The position numbers and the translations under genes are program-made. DNA of 64,000 nucleotides from Acetofilamentum sp. (lineage in GTDB: Bacteria > Hydrothermota > 32-111). The notes below the pieces were generated by a model, which saw only the letters and a program-made list of their open reading frames with translations, ran no database searches and had not been told where the DNA came from. The stretch covers positions 43,261 to 107,260 of the forward strand of contig DYMB01000001.1 of the NCBI GenBank assembly GCA_020721805.1. The letters run 5' to 3'. Below are positions 50,416-60,436 of the stretch, piece after piece; positions within the stretch are counted from its first letter, which is position 1, and the number at the start of each line of letters is the position of its first letter.

Positions 50416-50882
50416 AAATTATCCTCCATACTCTCTTCATATTTTTGAATCATTTTAATAAACTCTTCATAGTTATCCATTTTTAAATATTCTTTTTTCT
50501 TTATGATCTTTTTAGAGAAAGAAGCTATTTTCCCAAGTAGCATTAGATACTGGTTGGAAGTATCGAGGGGAGGTGCTATTATGAGAAAAATTAAATTTAC
50601 CTTTTTACCATCAAGGGAATCATATTCAACACCCGTTTTCGAAATAGCCACATAAAGACACAATTTATCCAAGACTACACTTCTTGCGTGTGGTATGGCA
50701 ATGCCGCTACCAATGCCTGTTGTTCCTAAAATTTCCCTTTGTTTTAATGAAAGAAGAATAAGCTCTTTTTTTTCTTTTGAAAGTTTCATCCTATCAACAA
50801 TCTCCTCAAGAACCTTATCCTTTGTTTTATTTTTCAGATCGAAGATCACATTCTCTTTTTTTAAAAATGATGAGATCAACAT
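50412..50882 (-). CDS. ptsN: PTS EIIA (Ntr/Fru type) protein
   Basis: REILGTTGIGSGIAIPHAR with the phospho-His, plus YDSLDGK.V.LIF. Confidence 0.85.
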   Translation of the reverse strand: MLISSFLKKENVIFDLKNKTKDKVLEEIVDRMKLSKEKKELILLSLKQREILGTTGIGSGIAIPHARSVVLDKLCLYVAISKTGVEYDSLDGKKVNLIFLIIAPPLDTSNQYLMLLGKIASFSKKIIKKKEYLKMDNYEEFIKMIQKYEESMEDNL

Positions 50883-50890
50883 TTTTCCTC

Positions 50891-51970
50891 CTAAAGTTTT
50901 ATTGGAAAAGTTAAAGTTAACTGGTAATCAAATTTTCCTAAATAGTATCTTTCAAGTGTTGCTTCAAATGCCATATCAACTCTCATTGCGTTGGAATTGA
51001 AACCTGCACCAATATTGAGTACAAGGTTGTTTAAAGAGGGAAACTCTTTGAATGATGTTCCCATTCTAAAACTTGGATATCCGTTTTTTAAATTTTCCCA
51101 GAATGATGTAGAATCGGTCAAACTCTTTTTTTCATCCTTTAAAAATGTGTACTCGGCTCCGAGGGTGTAAATAAAAGGAAAATCTTTTTTGATTATTCTT
51201 GAAAGGTTGAAATTGAAAAAGAAGTTTTGTGTTGGTTTGTAAAGGATACCGAGATTGCCGTTGACCGGAAAAATCATTTTATCATAAGAATCCCACCACA
51301 CATGGGTTATTATATCTCTAAACATTAAAGAAAGATAAAAAAAGTTTAAATTGATAAGTAAGCCCGCATCAAAGCCAAAGCCATTTGCAGATGATAGTAT
51401 AGCATCAGCGGATTTTATATTTTTTAAAGAATCGAAAAAGAGTTTTGTTTCAGCGGATTTTCCGTTTATATATTTAAAGTTAAAACCAAGAAAATATGGT
51501 GTTTCAAATTTTTCATCTGATCCAGAATAACTTGTGAAAGATAACCAGTATTGATCAAGTTGAACCGAGAAGTCTCTCTCCAACAAGAGGGAATCAAAAA
51601 CTGAATCAGTGTAGGTGATCTTAAAAAGTGGCATATAACTTATTCCGCCCTGATATGCTGCCAATGTAAAGAATGATATGTTTTTCCCATATAGGGATTG
51701 TTCCTTTTCTATGAATTCCGAATATGATGAATAATGATCTGTTTCAAAAGTTATCGATAATCCACCATTATCAAGCCCCGCAAGTGCTGCAGGGTTAAAA
51801 AATGAAGAATTTATATCTCCAAAAAGTGCAGATGAGTTTCCCCCAAGTCCTCTTATCCTCGCTGAAGGGAAGACTGAAGAATACTCTGTTGGGATTGGAA
51901 TTTTTTCAGAATGGAGTGTAACGGTTATAAACAAAATAAAGGTTAAAAAAATAAAATTGAAAAATTTCAT
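50891..51970 (-). CDS. PorV/FadL-like outer-membrane beta-barrel protein
   Basis: Signal peptide, SARIRGLGG...D..S.FFNPAALA plug motif and terminal amphipathic strand. Confidence 0.65.
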   Translation of the reverse strand: MKFFNFIFLTFILFITVTLHSEKIPIPTEYSSVFPSARIRGLGGNSSALFGDINSSFFNPAALAGLDNGGLSITFETDHYSSYSEFIEKEQSLYGKNISFFTLAAYQGGISYMPLFKITYTDSVFDSLLLERDFSVQLDQYWLSFTSYSGSDEKFETPYFLGFNFKYINGKSAETKLFFDSLKNIKSADAILSSANGFGFDAGLLINLNFFYLSLMFRDIITHVWWDSYDKMIFPVNGNLGILYKPTQNFFFNFNLSRIIKKDFPFIYTLGAEYTFLKDEKKSLTDSTSFWENLKNGYPSFRMGTSFKEFPSLNNLVLNIGAGFNSNAMRVDMAFEATLERYYLGKFDYQLTLTFPIKL

Positions 51971-51971
51971 T

Positions 51972-53036
51972 TCAATATTCCATCTCTTCTTCTTCACCTT
52001 TCAAAACTCTTAATGCTCCCAAAACAAGTGCTAAAATCTCATTTTCTCCCGGGAATATAAATATTGGTGCTATAAAACCCGTTCTTTCTTCTATAATATC
52101 GGTAAGACATTTATTGAATGCGATCCCCCCTGTTACGAGTATCGCATCCACCTTCCCCTTAAGGACGGTTGACATTGCGCCTATCTCTTTGGATACCTGA
52201 TACATCATTGCGGATAGAATCAATTCGACATTCTTATCACCACTTTCCTTCAATTTTATAAGTTCCGTTACATTGTCATTTTTAAGATAGGAATAAATCC
52301 CGCCCTGAACGGTTAACATTTTTTTTATTTCCTCATAATCCATTTTTTTGGAGATTATCATTCTGGCAAGTTGTGTTACGGGTAATGTTCCTGTTCTTTG
52401 AGGTGAAAATGGTCCCTCATCGTTTGCATTGTTGATATCTATCATTCTTCCGTTTTTATGTGCAGAAACTGAGATCCCAGTTCCAAGATGAACCACAATT
52501 AAAGATGATTTAAAATAATCTCTACTGTTTTCCTTCGCCCATCTTTTCGCGATCATTTTCATATTAAGAGCATGTGATAAAGATTTTCTTTCAATTCCGT
52601 TAAGTCCAGAAATTCTTGCTATATCATCAAACTCATCAACAGAAACAGGATCAACTATAAATTTTTTCTGTGTATCTCTTGTTGTAAGTTTTTCAGCGAT
52701 CAAACATCCAAGATTAGATACATGATCCGCAAGGACATTACCATTTAAAACATCATCTATCATTTTTTTATTTATAGCGTATGTTCCAGATTTTAAAGGT
52801 TTGAATGGTCCCCCTCTGGCTACGAAAGCATCTATATTTTCTGGTGAGATATTTTTTTCTTTCAAGAACTCTTTTACAAGATTTACTCTCATATCAAGTT
52901 GATCTATCGTTTTTTTAAACTGTTGAATTTGATTGTTATGATGTCTTAAAGATTGTATAAAGATTTCAGTATCATCCTCATAGTATCCGATTTTTGTTGA
53001 AGTGGCACCTGGGTTTATAGCAAGAATTTTAAACAT
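51972..53036 (-). CDS. buk: Butyrate kinase
   Basis: ILAINPGATSTK, ARGG, H.SNLG, HALN.K, GPFSPQR.G, PGENE. Confidence 0.93.
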   Translation of the reverse strand: MFKILAINPGATSTKIGYYEDDTEIFIQSLRHHNNQIQQFKKTIDQLDMRVNLVKEFLKEKNISPENIDAFVARGGPFKPLKSGTYAINKKMIDDVLNGNVLADHVSNLGCLIAEKLTTRDTQKKFIVDPVSVDEFDDIARISGLNGIERKSLSHALNMKMIAKRWAKENSRDYFKSSLIVVHLGTGISVSAHKNGRMIDINNANDEGPFSPQRTGTLPVTQLARMIISKKMDYEEIKKMLTVQGGIYSYLKNDNVTELIKLKESGDKNVELILSAMMYQVSKEIGAMSTVLKGKVDAILVTGGIAFNKCLTDIIEERTGFIAPIFIFPGENEILALVLGALRVLKGEEEEMEY

Positions 53037-54207
53037 TGTTACTCCTCTGTTTGCTTGCATTTGAAATTTTTACCATTTTTAATGATTTTAAAATTTCATA
53101 TTTATCAACCAGATAGGAATTGTTGGTGACAATACCTGTAGAATCATCACTGGATTTTATGTAAAGGTTTGATATATTTTCATATTTTTCAATATTTCCT
53201 TCAACCCTGAAAACGGAATGAACCATATCTATCATTTTAGGATTAGTCACTATTTTTCCATCGAATCCAATATTCCAGGATAAATTCAATTCATTTTTCA
53301 AATCTTCCATATTTTCTATTTTTGATATTGTAGTTTCAAAAGCCATAACCCCAGCCGCTTTAACCTTTTTGATAAAGTCCAGTCTGGCAAGTGTTGTATG
53401 ATCATCAGATTTGTTTTCGGGCAATGCAAGTGAAAGTATATATTCCGTTATGTTTAAACTGACACCGAAAATTCTATCGTTGATGGAGGCTATTTCAAAA
53501 AGGTTAACCAGACCTTTTGCCGATTCTATGGATGGTATCAAAGAGATCTTCTGATGAATTTTGTATTTTTTTTCAGTTTTTTCTATCAGTTCTAAAGTTT
53601 TCTTTACATCGTATTCTGTTTCGCATTTTGGAATCATTATCATATTGGGAGAAAATTGCGATAAATAATCGATATCATCGTTTCCGCCAAGATCGAGAGG
53701 ATTGATCTTAACGATTTTAACAACAGTTTTATCCATGATCTCCTTTAAAAAATGTCCTCCCAGAATTCTTATACTGTCTTTTTCGTTCAACGGTATGTTC
53801 CTGTAAAGATCCAAAAGAAATGCGTCGGATTTGAATTTAATTGTTTCATTCAAATGTCTTGCATTATTAAGATTTACTTTAAAGATGGATCTTAATGGTT
53901 GATAATTTAAATTCAATTTATCGATGAAAAATTTTTTTTCCATTTCAACCGAACTTCTTTTGATCGCTGTCTCAACCCTTGCTTTTATAACAAAAGGTGG
54001 CGCTCCATAATCTTTAATTGTGAATTTTGCATTTGCGATTCCATATGAGTTTAATATTTCATCAACAATATTCTGTATGATTTTATATTGACTCTCTTTC
54101 ATAGATGAAAAGATGTTCACATCTATTCCACTCTCGAAAGGCTCAATGGTAACGGAAAGATCGGAATTGTTCTCGAATCCAGCCGAAGCAGTTTTTTTTA
54201 TCTCCAT
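53029..54207 (-). CDS. CitD(ACP)-CitE(HpcH/HpaI lyase) fusion, degenerate
   Basis: N-terminal ~85 aa are CitD-like (MEIKKTASAG...D.GA...IKARVETA). The rest is CitE-like (IPKCE, IESAKG, GFDGK...P). Confidence 0.72.
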   Translation of the reverse strand: MEIKKTASAGFENNSDLSVTIEPFESGIDVNIFSSMKESQYKIIQNIVDEILNSYGIANAKFTIKDYGAPPFVIKARVETAIKRSSVEMEKKFFIDKLNLNYQPLRSIFKVNLNNARHLNETIKFKSDAFLLDLYRNIPLNEKDSIRILGGHFLKEIMDKTVVKIVKINPLDLGGNDDIDYLSQFSPNMIMIPKCETEYDVKKTLELIEKTEKKYKIHQKISLIPSIESAKGLVNLFEIASINDRIFGVSLNITEYILSLALPENKSDDHTTLARLDFIKKVKAAGVMAFETTISKIENMEDLKNELNLSWNIGFDGKIVTNPKMIDMVHSVFRVEGNIEKYENISNLYIKSSDDSTGIVTNNSYLVDKYEILKSLKMVKISNASKQRSNNV

Positions 54208-54215
54208 TCAACCTC

Positions 54216-55406
54216 CTAAGCTCGTTCAGTTAACGCATATTCATAAAGCTTGCTTAGCAAAGATAGTCCAGTGTTTTTCGAAAAATTTCTACTTGCATAT
54301 TGGTAACAGAATAATGACACTTTTTTCTTAAAATCTTTTTCAAGTAATTCTATTATGCCCTTTTGAAAATTTTCCACAGTGATATTCTTTATCCTCCTAC
54401 CATTTTCAGAATTTACGAAGAATTGAAATTCACCGACATCGGATGAGAGTACCGGTGTGCCCATAGCAAAAGATTGTAACACCGTTGTTCCAAATTGTTC
54501 AAATCTTAAAGGTAGAACAACCAGATCAGCAAGATGAAACATCGTTGGTTTTTCTTCATATGTTAGATTCGGAAAATAAAGAAAATTTTTTTTATTTTCT
54601 TTAGAAAGTTGTTCAACCTCTTTCTCAAAATCTCCTTTTCCCGTAAAAACAAAACATATATCTTTTCTTTCCTCAACTATATTTTTTGCAATTTTAATGG
54701 ATATATCGGATCCCTTCATATAAGTTAAATTTTCAGGAAAGAAAACTATGAATTTTATTTCATCGTCTATTCCAAAATAATCTCTATAGATTTCAAAATT
54801 TCCATCTATCAGTTGAAATTGGTCATCATCGTATCCTTTATAGATCAGTTTCAATTTGACCGAATCAAGTTTAAATTTATTTCTCAAAATCAATTCCACC
54901 TGTTTTGATGGGGCAACGATAAACCTCGATTTTTCGACAGCCTCCTGCATAAATTGTTCATATCTTATATCTTCATTTGATACCTGTATCTCATTTCCAA
55001 AACTTGTTGCTATAAGTGGAGTATCATTTTTAAAATCTCCAAGAATTTTTGTGTTTATCCATAGATATTGGGAATGTATTATATCAGGTTTAAAGTAGTT
55101 TATTATTTTTTCAAATCCGATTTCAAGGTATTTTATATATATTTCAAGTTCCTTTTTAGTCATTTGAAAAAAATTTTTTTCAGTATGTGGGTGTGTTGTA
55201 AAACAGGGAAATTGAAACGGGATTTTTTCATTGTTAAAAAGGAGATTGTATATTTTAAAATTTTCATTGTAGACTGTTTCTTTGTTATCGATGTCAACCA
55301 CCAGAACTTCATTACCTGTTTTAATAAGATATGTAGCTATATCTTTTGTGTATATACCACTCTGTGATGCTACCAAAGGAAAAGGTGTTACGAGTAAAAC
55401 TTTCAT
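54216..55406 (-). CDS. GT4 family glycosyltransferase
   Basis: MKVLLV, KPDIIH, KG, EQFG...QSFAMGTPV. Confidence 0.85.
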   Translation of the reverse strand: MKVLLVTPFPLVASQSGIYTKDIATYLIKTGNEVLVVDIDNKETVYNENFKIYNLLFNNEKIPFQFPCFTTHPHTEKNFFQMTKKELEIYIKYLEIGFEKIINYFKPDIIHSQYLWINTKILGDFKNDTPLIATSFGNEIQVSNEDIRYEQFMQEAVEKSRFIVAPSKQVELILRNKFKLDSVKLKLIYKGYDDDQFQLIDGNFEIYRDYFGIDDEIKFIVFFPENLTYMKGSDISIKIAKNIVEERKDICFVFTGKGDFEKEVEQLSKENKKNFLYFPNLTYEEKPTMFHLADLVVLPLRFEQFGTTVLQSFAMGTPVLSSDVGEFQFFVNSENGRRIKNITVENFQKGIIELLEKDFKKKVSLFCYQYASRNFSKNTGLSLLSKLYEYALTERA

Positions 55407-56494
55407 CAATCCCCCATAGAGATCTGTAATTTTCTTGCAGTCTCAATAAGTTGTCCGTAAGGATCAACAAATTTTTGTTGGCTTATACTCTCTTCAATAG
55501 GAATTGAAACGATATTGTTTCCAGATAAGGCAACCATATAGCCGAATTTCTTTCTGGCTATGAGATCACACACTTCCACTCCAAACCTAGAAGCGAGTAT
55601 TCTATCAAAAGCGGTTGGAGTCCCGCCTCTTTGAATATGTCCAAGTATCGTTGTTCTGATCTCCATTTCAGTCTTTTTACTTAAAACCATAGCGAGATAA
55701 TTGCTTATTCCACCATATCTTGGTAAAGTCCCTTCATTTTTTGCTTTTTCCAGATAGGTCTTATCTTTTCCCTTTTCAAAAGCTCCTTCGGCTATAACTA
55801 TTATTGAAAAATGGGATCCTTTCGAATTTCTTTCATTTATCTTATTTATAATTTTATCTACATCAAAAGGAATTTCTGGAATAAGAATTATGTCGGCACC
55901 ACCTGCGATTCCTGAATTTAAAGCTATCCATCCCGTATCCCTTCCCATAACCTCAACTATGATTATTCTATGATGTGATTCAGCGGTTGTATGGAGTTTA
56001 TCTATAGCATCGGTAGCGGTATTTACTGCAGTATAAAATCCAAAAGTATAATCGGTTTTAGCAAGGTCGTTATCAATTGTTTTTGGAACACCTACTATGT
56101 TGGCACCTTTCTTATACAACTGGAATGCTATGTTTAATGAACCATCTCCACCTATCACTATAAGACCGTCCAATTCAAGTTTTAGAATATTTTTCAAAAT
56201 TTCATCGGATCTATCCTTTACAACTATTCTTCCTTCTTCCTTCACGGGATATTTAAAAGGATTGCCCCTGTTTGAAGTTCCAAGTATTGTCCCACCTTTT
56301 GGAAGTATTCCCCTTATCGAATTTGCATCCATTTTAAAAATTTTATCAGGCTGTATTAATCCATCGAATCCATCTACGATACCATAAACTTCCCAGTTAT
56401 AATGAAACAAAGCGGATTTTACAGAGGCTCTGATTACAGCATTTAAACCGGGACAATCTCCACCGCCTGTTAAAATTCCAATCCTTTTTATCAT
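55406..56494 (-). CDS. pfkA: 6-phosphofructokinase (group III-like)
   Basis: TGGGDCPGLNA, GGDGS, PKTIDND, EVMGR, GHIQRGG. Confidence 0.95.
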   Translation of the reverse strand: MIKRIGILTGGGDCPGLNAVIRASVKSALFHYNWEVYGIVDGFDGLIQPDKIFKMDANSIRGILPKGGTILGTSNRGNPFKYPVKEEGRIVVKDRSDEILKNILKLELDGLIVIGGDGSLNIAFQLYKKGANIVGVPKTIDNDLAKTDYTFGFYTAVNTATDAIDKLHTTAESHHRIIIVEVMGRDTGWIALNSGIAGGADIILIPEIPFDVDKIINKINERNSKGSHFSIIVIAEGAFEKGKDKTYLEKAKNEGTLPRYGGISNYLAMVLSKKTEMEIRTTILGHIQRGGTPTAFDRILASRFGVEVCDLIARKKFGYMVALSGNNIVSIPIEESISQQKFVDPYGQLIETARKLQISMGD

Positions 56495-56514
56495 TTTGAC
56501 ATATCCTCACAAAA

Positions 56515-56587
56515 TGGACCAGAGCGGAGTCGAACCGCCGACCTCATCCTTGCGAAGGATGCGCTCTCCCAACTGAGCCACTGGCCC
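56515..56587 (-). tRNA. tRNA-Ala(CGC)
   Basis: Acceptor GGGCCAG/CTGGTCC with the G3:U70 Ala determinant, anticodon arm CATCC-TTCGCAA-GGATG, T loop TTCGACT. No encoded CCA. Confidence 0.95.
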
Positions 56588-56597
56588 TCAAATTTTT

Positions 56598-56625
56598 ATT
56601 ATATTGTTTAACCTTAAAAATACAA
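56598..56625 (-). promoter_or_regulatory. Putative promoter of tRNA-Ala and the downstream pfkA operon
   Basis: On - strand, TTGTAT-16 bp-TATAAT. Confidence 0.5.
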
Positions 56626-56744
56626 TACTTTTTTTAATTTTTACTTTTATTATTTTTTACATAGTGTGCAACATATTCACAATATTTCAAATATCTTGGG
56701 AAATCTTTATATGTACATTCGTATTTGTTGCTATATGAAAGCAT

Positions 56745-59700
56745 CTAATGTCCCACCCTATCTATCAATTCCTGACAGCTTTTTATGAGATTTCCCTTTT
56801 TCAATTTTTTTGCTATTCTTAACGATTCTTTAGCAAGGTTTAGAGATAATGAAGTTTTATTCATTTCAAATAGGAGAAGAGCCCTATGATATAAAAAATG
56901 GCTTAAAGGATATCTCGCGTTCATCTCTCTTATTATTTTTATACATTTTTTTAAATGCTGGTCAGCCTCTTTATATTTTTTTTGAAGTTTAAAAAGTTGT
57001 CCAATGTTTCCAAGATCTATAGCTTCAGACCATTTACTTCCAATCTTTCTATCAACTTCGAGTGCATCTTTATAATATTTAAGCGATGATTCCCACTCAC
57101 CTTTTGAACCGAAAATGTTGGCTATATTACCAAGAACTATCGATTCATTTTCAAGGTTATTTATCTCTTTATCTATTTTCAAAGCTTCAAATAGATAGAA
57201 AAGAGCCTTCTGTGTATCTCCCATTTCGTTGTATACTGTCCCAATGTTACCTAATGTTACCCCTTCGTTTCTTCTGTTTCCAGTCTTTCTGTTTAAATCA
57301 AGTGAAAGGAAATAGTGATGCAAAGCCTTTTCATATTCCTGCTTTTCATAATTGATCAAACCGATTCTTAAATAGAACAAAGCCTGGTTTGAAAGATTGT
57401 TGGTTTTTCTTGCAAAATCTAAAGAACGTGAATAGTATTCCATCGCCTTATTATAATCTCCCTGTCTGAACATCACCAATCCTATGTTTGAATATATCGA
57501 ATATCTTTTTTCCTTTTTTGAACTATATTTTAAAGCACTGTTAAAAATATCTTTTGATTTTGAATAATCTCCCTTATTGTAATATACAAGACCTATTTTT
57601 TCGAGTATATCACAAATTTGATTCTTATCTTTTTTATTCATAGCCATTTTTAAACTTTTCTGATAGATCGAGAGAGCTTCTTTGTAATTTCCCATAGACC
57701 AGAAAGAATTTCCAATACCTTTATAAATAATTATTTTATCTTTCTGCTTTAAATTTTTGACTTTTAAAATTTGTTTATATTCTTTTATGGAATCCCAATA
57801 TCTACCAATGTGGGAGAGTATTTCCGCTTTTTTTATACTAAACTCGATCTTTTCTTCTCTTTTAATGTTATATTTTAAATACAGATCTATGAGTTTTAAA
57901 GCATTTTCGTTTGAAAATGAGTCCATATCCTTTTCTATAGATTTTCTCAGATAAAATCTTGCCTTATTTTTTACATTAGCCTTTGAAAAGTGATGGTAGA
58001 GTGTTTCATAATAGTTTATAAGATTATCTTTAAATAATGATTCATAGAGTTTGCCGATTTTCTTGTGCAGCTTTATGAGTATTTTCTTTAATTGCATTTT
58101 GTAAGTTATCTCATAAAGAAGAATGTGTCTGAAGACTGCATTTTTGTGTGCGATAACTGTAATGATTTTATTTTTTTCTGCTTCTGATAGTATGGTTTCC
58201 AAACTATTCTTTTCGACGAGGTATGACAGAAGGAGAATTTCAAACTCTTTACCTATTATCGATGCTTTTTGAATTCCATCCCTCGTTAAAGCGGAGAGTG
58301 AATCGAGTCTTGATAGTATCAGTCTATCAATGTTGGAAGGTATATCATAATTTTTTTCTTTTAATATTATTGTGCCATTTGAATTTAAGAGAAGATTGTT
58401 GTTTAAAAGATGAACTGAAAGTTGTTCAAGAAACAAAGGATTACCTTCACTTTTTTGCCAAAGAATATTTAAAAGTTCTTTTGAGATTTCGCTTTTAAAA
58501 AATTTTTCAAGAAAAGATTTTACATTTTCAAAATTAAAGTTATCCAGTTTCAGTAAAATACTATCACAGTTTAAATTTTTCAGTTTTTTTATATTCTCAT
58601 TTTCCTCTCTATAAAGAAAAATAAATGGAACATTTTTAAACTCATAGGGATCCCTTAAAAGATAGAGTATGAAATCTATGGTTTCCTGATCCGCCCACAT
58701 AAAATCATCGAAAATTATAGCGACCTTTCTATCAACTATGGTACGATAAAGGATACTTTTTAATGTAAAAAATGTTCCTTCCAATTTTTCTCTTGCTGAA
58801 AGGTTTTTTATCAGATCAGTTTCCTCATGGTTGAAAAAGTAAAGTAAGAAAGAGAATGTTTGCTGAAAATCTATTCCATAAAGATCACTGTATTTTTTAG
58901 AAAAATTTTCAATGAGATTTTTTCTTGAAGAGAGTTTTTCAGAAAAGTTTTTCCCTATAATATTTTCATAAAGATATTTAACGGTTATCAATGGTTCCTT
59001 GATAACAGGATCGGATGATGTGTATAATAATTCAAAATCTAATCTGGAAAAAGTTTCAAGCGAGAATCTTGTCTTACCCGTTCCACTCTCTCCAACAATA
59101 TTTATGACACCACATATTTTTTTTTCCTCGATAACATTTAAAAATTTTTCAATTTTTTCTTTTAGATTTTGTCTTTCTATGAATGGAGAGATAAAATCAA
59201 GATCACCTTTTGTTTTGATGGATTCAACATAATAAATCTTTATTCTCTTCTCTTTGCCTTTCAAAGATAGAATCTCACCATCGTCGAAATTGAATCTTTT
59301 TGTCTCTTCAACGATTCTTTCGGAAACTATAACTTTTGATTTTTTTAAGGATGCGATCCTTGCAGATGTATTAACGATATCACCTATAACCGTATATTCC
59401 TGCCAATAAGGGCTTCCTATATAACCTGCATAGGTTGTCCCATAGTCAAGCCCTATAGTTGTTTCAATGTCGGATAGTTTCAGTTGATCAAAAATTTTCA
59501 TTGAACATGCGATGGCTCTTTCTATCATATCCTCCTGAGTGTAGGGGGCACCAAAAATTATAAGCGCCATGCCACCCTTATCCCCAAATTCTACCTTGTT
59601 TAAATATCCGCTATACATTGAAGAATATTTATCGATGGTTTCAAAAAAAATGTTCAATTTGTTCTTCTGAAGTTCAAATGGAAAATTTATGAAAACCGGT

Positions 59701-60395
59701 ATAACTTTTCTAAACTCTCCATCATTCTTCAATTCTGATATGATTTCAGGGAAAAATTTTGAATTTAAACTTTTAAAGGAAAAAATAACTGATTTCTCAA
59801 CTTTTCTATTTTCGGATTCAATTTTTTTATCATCTATTACGATATAATTTTCCTTGATCTCTTTAACTTTATCGTTTTCTATTAGATCTATCAATTCTTT
59901 ATCTACTTTGATAACCGATGTTTCTTGAGTATGCTGAATCTTTATGGCATCGTTTATACCCTTACCTTTGAAATAGTAGATGAATTTTTCATTGTTGAAG
60001 ATCCCCCATTCTATTGTGCCATGTGATATTCCGATTCTTATATTCAACCTTATGTTTTCTCTTCTGTTAAAAGAGGAAAAGATTTCAAGTATGTTTTTTG
60101 ATATTTTCAAAATATCATCAAAAGATTTTTCTTTGTCGAAAACAGCCAGAAATGCATCACCTGCAAAAGATGTTATGAAACCACCATTCTGATAGATTAC
60201 ATTTGTAACATTCCCAAATGTCTTGTTTAAAATATTCCCAAGAATTTCAGCACCATCTTTGCCTTTTAACATTAAACTCTCAACCATAGGTGTAAAATTC
60301 TCAATATCACCACTTACGACAAAACCATAAAAAGAGCCTTCATAATTTTTTTGATCAATTTTTTCCTGTATGAATAATGGTATAAGATTTCTCAT
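56745..60395 (-). CDS. Class III adenylate/guanylate cyclase (two domains) + P-loop NTPase + TPR array (sAC-like/STAND)
   Basis: GDIENFT, FAGDA, DKG, IGDIVNTSARI, Walker A GESGTGKT, FDDFMWAD, GNPLFLEQL, FRH.L and many TPRs. Confidence 0.9.
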   Translation of the reverse strand: MRNLIPLFIQEKIDQKNYEGSFYGFVVSGDIENFTPMVESLMLKGKDGAEILGNILNKTFGNVTNVIYQNGGFITSFAGDAFLAVFDKEKSFDDILKISKNILEIFSSFNRRENIRLNIRIGISHGTIEWGIFNNEKFIYYFKGKGINDAIKIQHTQETSVIKVDKELIDLIENDKVKEIKENYIVIDDKKIESENRKVEKSVIFSFKSLNSKFFPEIISELKNDGEFRKVIPVFINFPFELQKNKLNIFFETIDKYSSMYSGYLNKVEFGDKGGMALIIFGAPYTQEDMIERAIACSMKIFDQLKLSDIETTIGLDYGTTYAGYIGSPYWQEYTVIGDIVNTSARIASLKKSKVIVSERIVEETKRFNFDDGEILSLKGKEKRIKIYYVESIKTKGDLDFISPFIERQNLKEKIEKFLNVIEEKKICGVINIVGESGTGKTRFSLETFSRLDFELLYTSSDPVIKEPLITVKYLYENIIGKNFSEKLSSRKNLIENFSKKYSDLYGIDFQQTFSFLLYFFNHEETDLIKNLSAREKLEGTFFTLKSILYRTIVDRKVAIIFDDFMWADQETIDFILYLLRDPYEFKNVPFIFLYREENENIKKLKNLNCDSILLKLDNFNFENVKSFLEKFFKSEISKELLNILWQKSEGNPLFLEQLSVHLLNNNLLLNSNGTIILKEKNYDIPSNIDRLILSRLDSLSALTRDGIQKASIIGKEFEILLLSYLVEKNSLETILSEAEKNKIITVIAHKNAVFRHILLYEITYKMQLKKILIKLHKKIGKLYESLFKDNLINYYETLYHHFSKANVKNKARFYLRKSIEKDMDSFSNENALKLIDLYLKYNIKREEKIEFSIKKAEILSHIGRYWDSIKEYKQILKVKNLKQKDKIIIYKGIGNSFWSMGNYKEALSIYQKSLKMAMNKKDKNQICDILEKIGLVYYNKGDYSKSKDIFNSALKYSSKKEKRYSIYSNIGLVMFRQGDYNKAMEYYSRSLDFARKTNNLSNQALFYLRIGLINYEKQEYEKALHHYFLSLDLNRKTGNRRNEGVTLGNIGTVYNEMGDTQKALFYLFEALKIDKEINNLENESIVLGNIANIFGSKGEWESSLKYYKDALEVDRKIGSKWSEAIDLGNIGQLFKLQKKYKEADQHLKKCIKIIREMNARYPLSHFLYHRALLLFEMNKTSLSLNLAKESLRIAKKLKKGNLIKSCQELIDRVGH

Positions 60396-60401
60396 ATTTA
60401 C

Positions 60402-60427
60402 AAGAGGGGGTAAATCCCCCTCTTTTT
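60402..60427. terminator. GC-rich hairpin between the lipoprotein and cyclase genes
   Basis: AAGAGGGGG-TAAAT-CCCCCTCTT. The T tract is better on the + strand. Confidence 0.6.
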
Positions 60428-60436
60428 AGTTTTAAA

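Noticed and set aside
56664..56682. CRP/Rex-like inverted repeat TGTGC-N7-TCACA downstream of the cyclase
   Set aside because: The spacer fits neither CRP (N6) nor Rex consensus, and it is a single weak instance.
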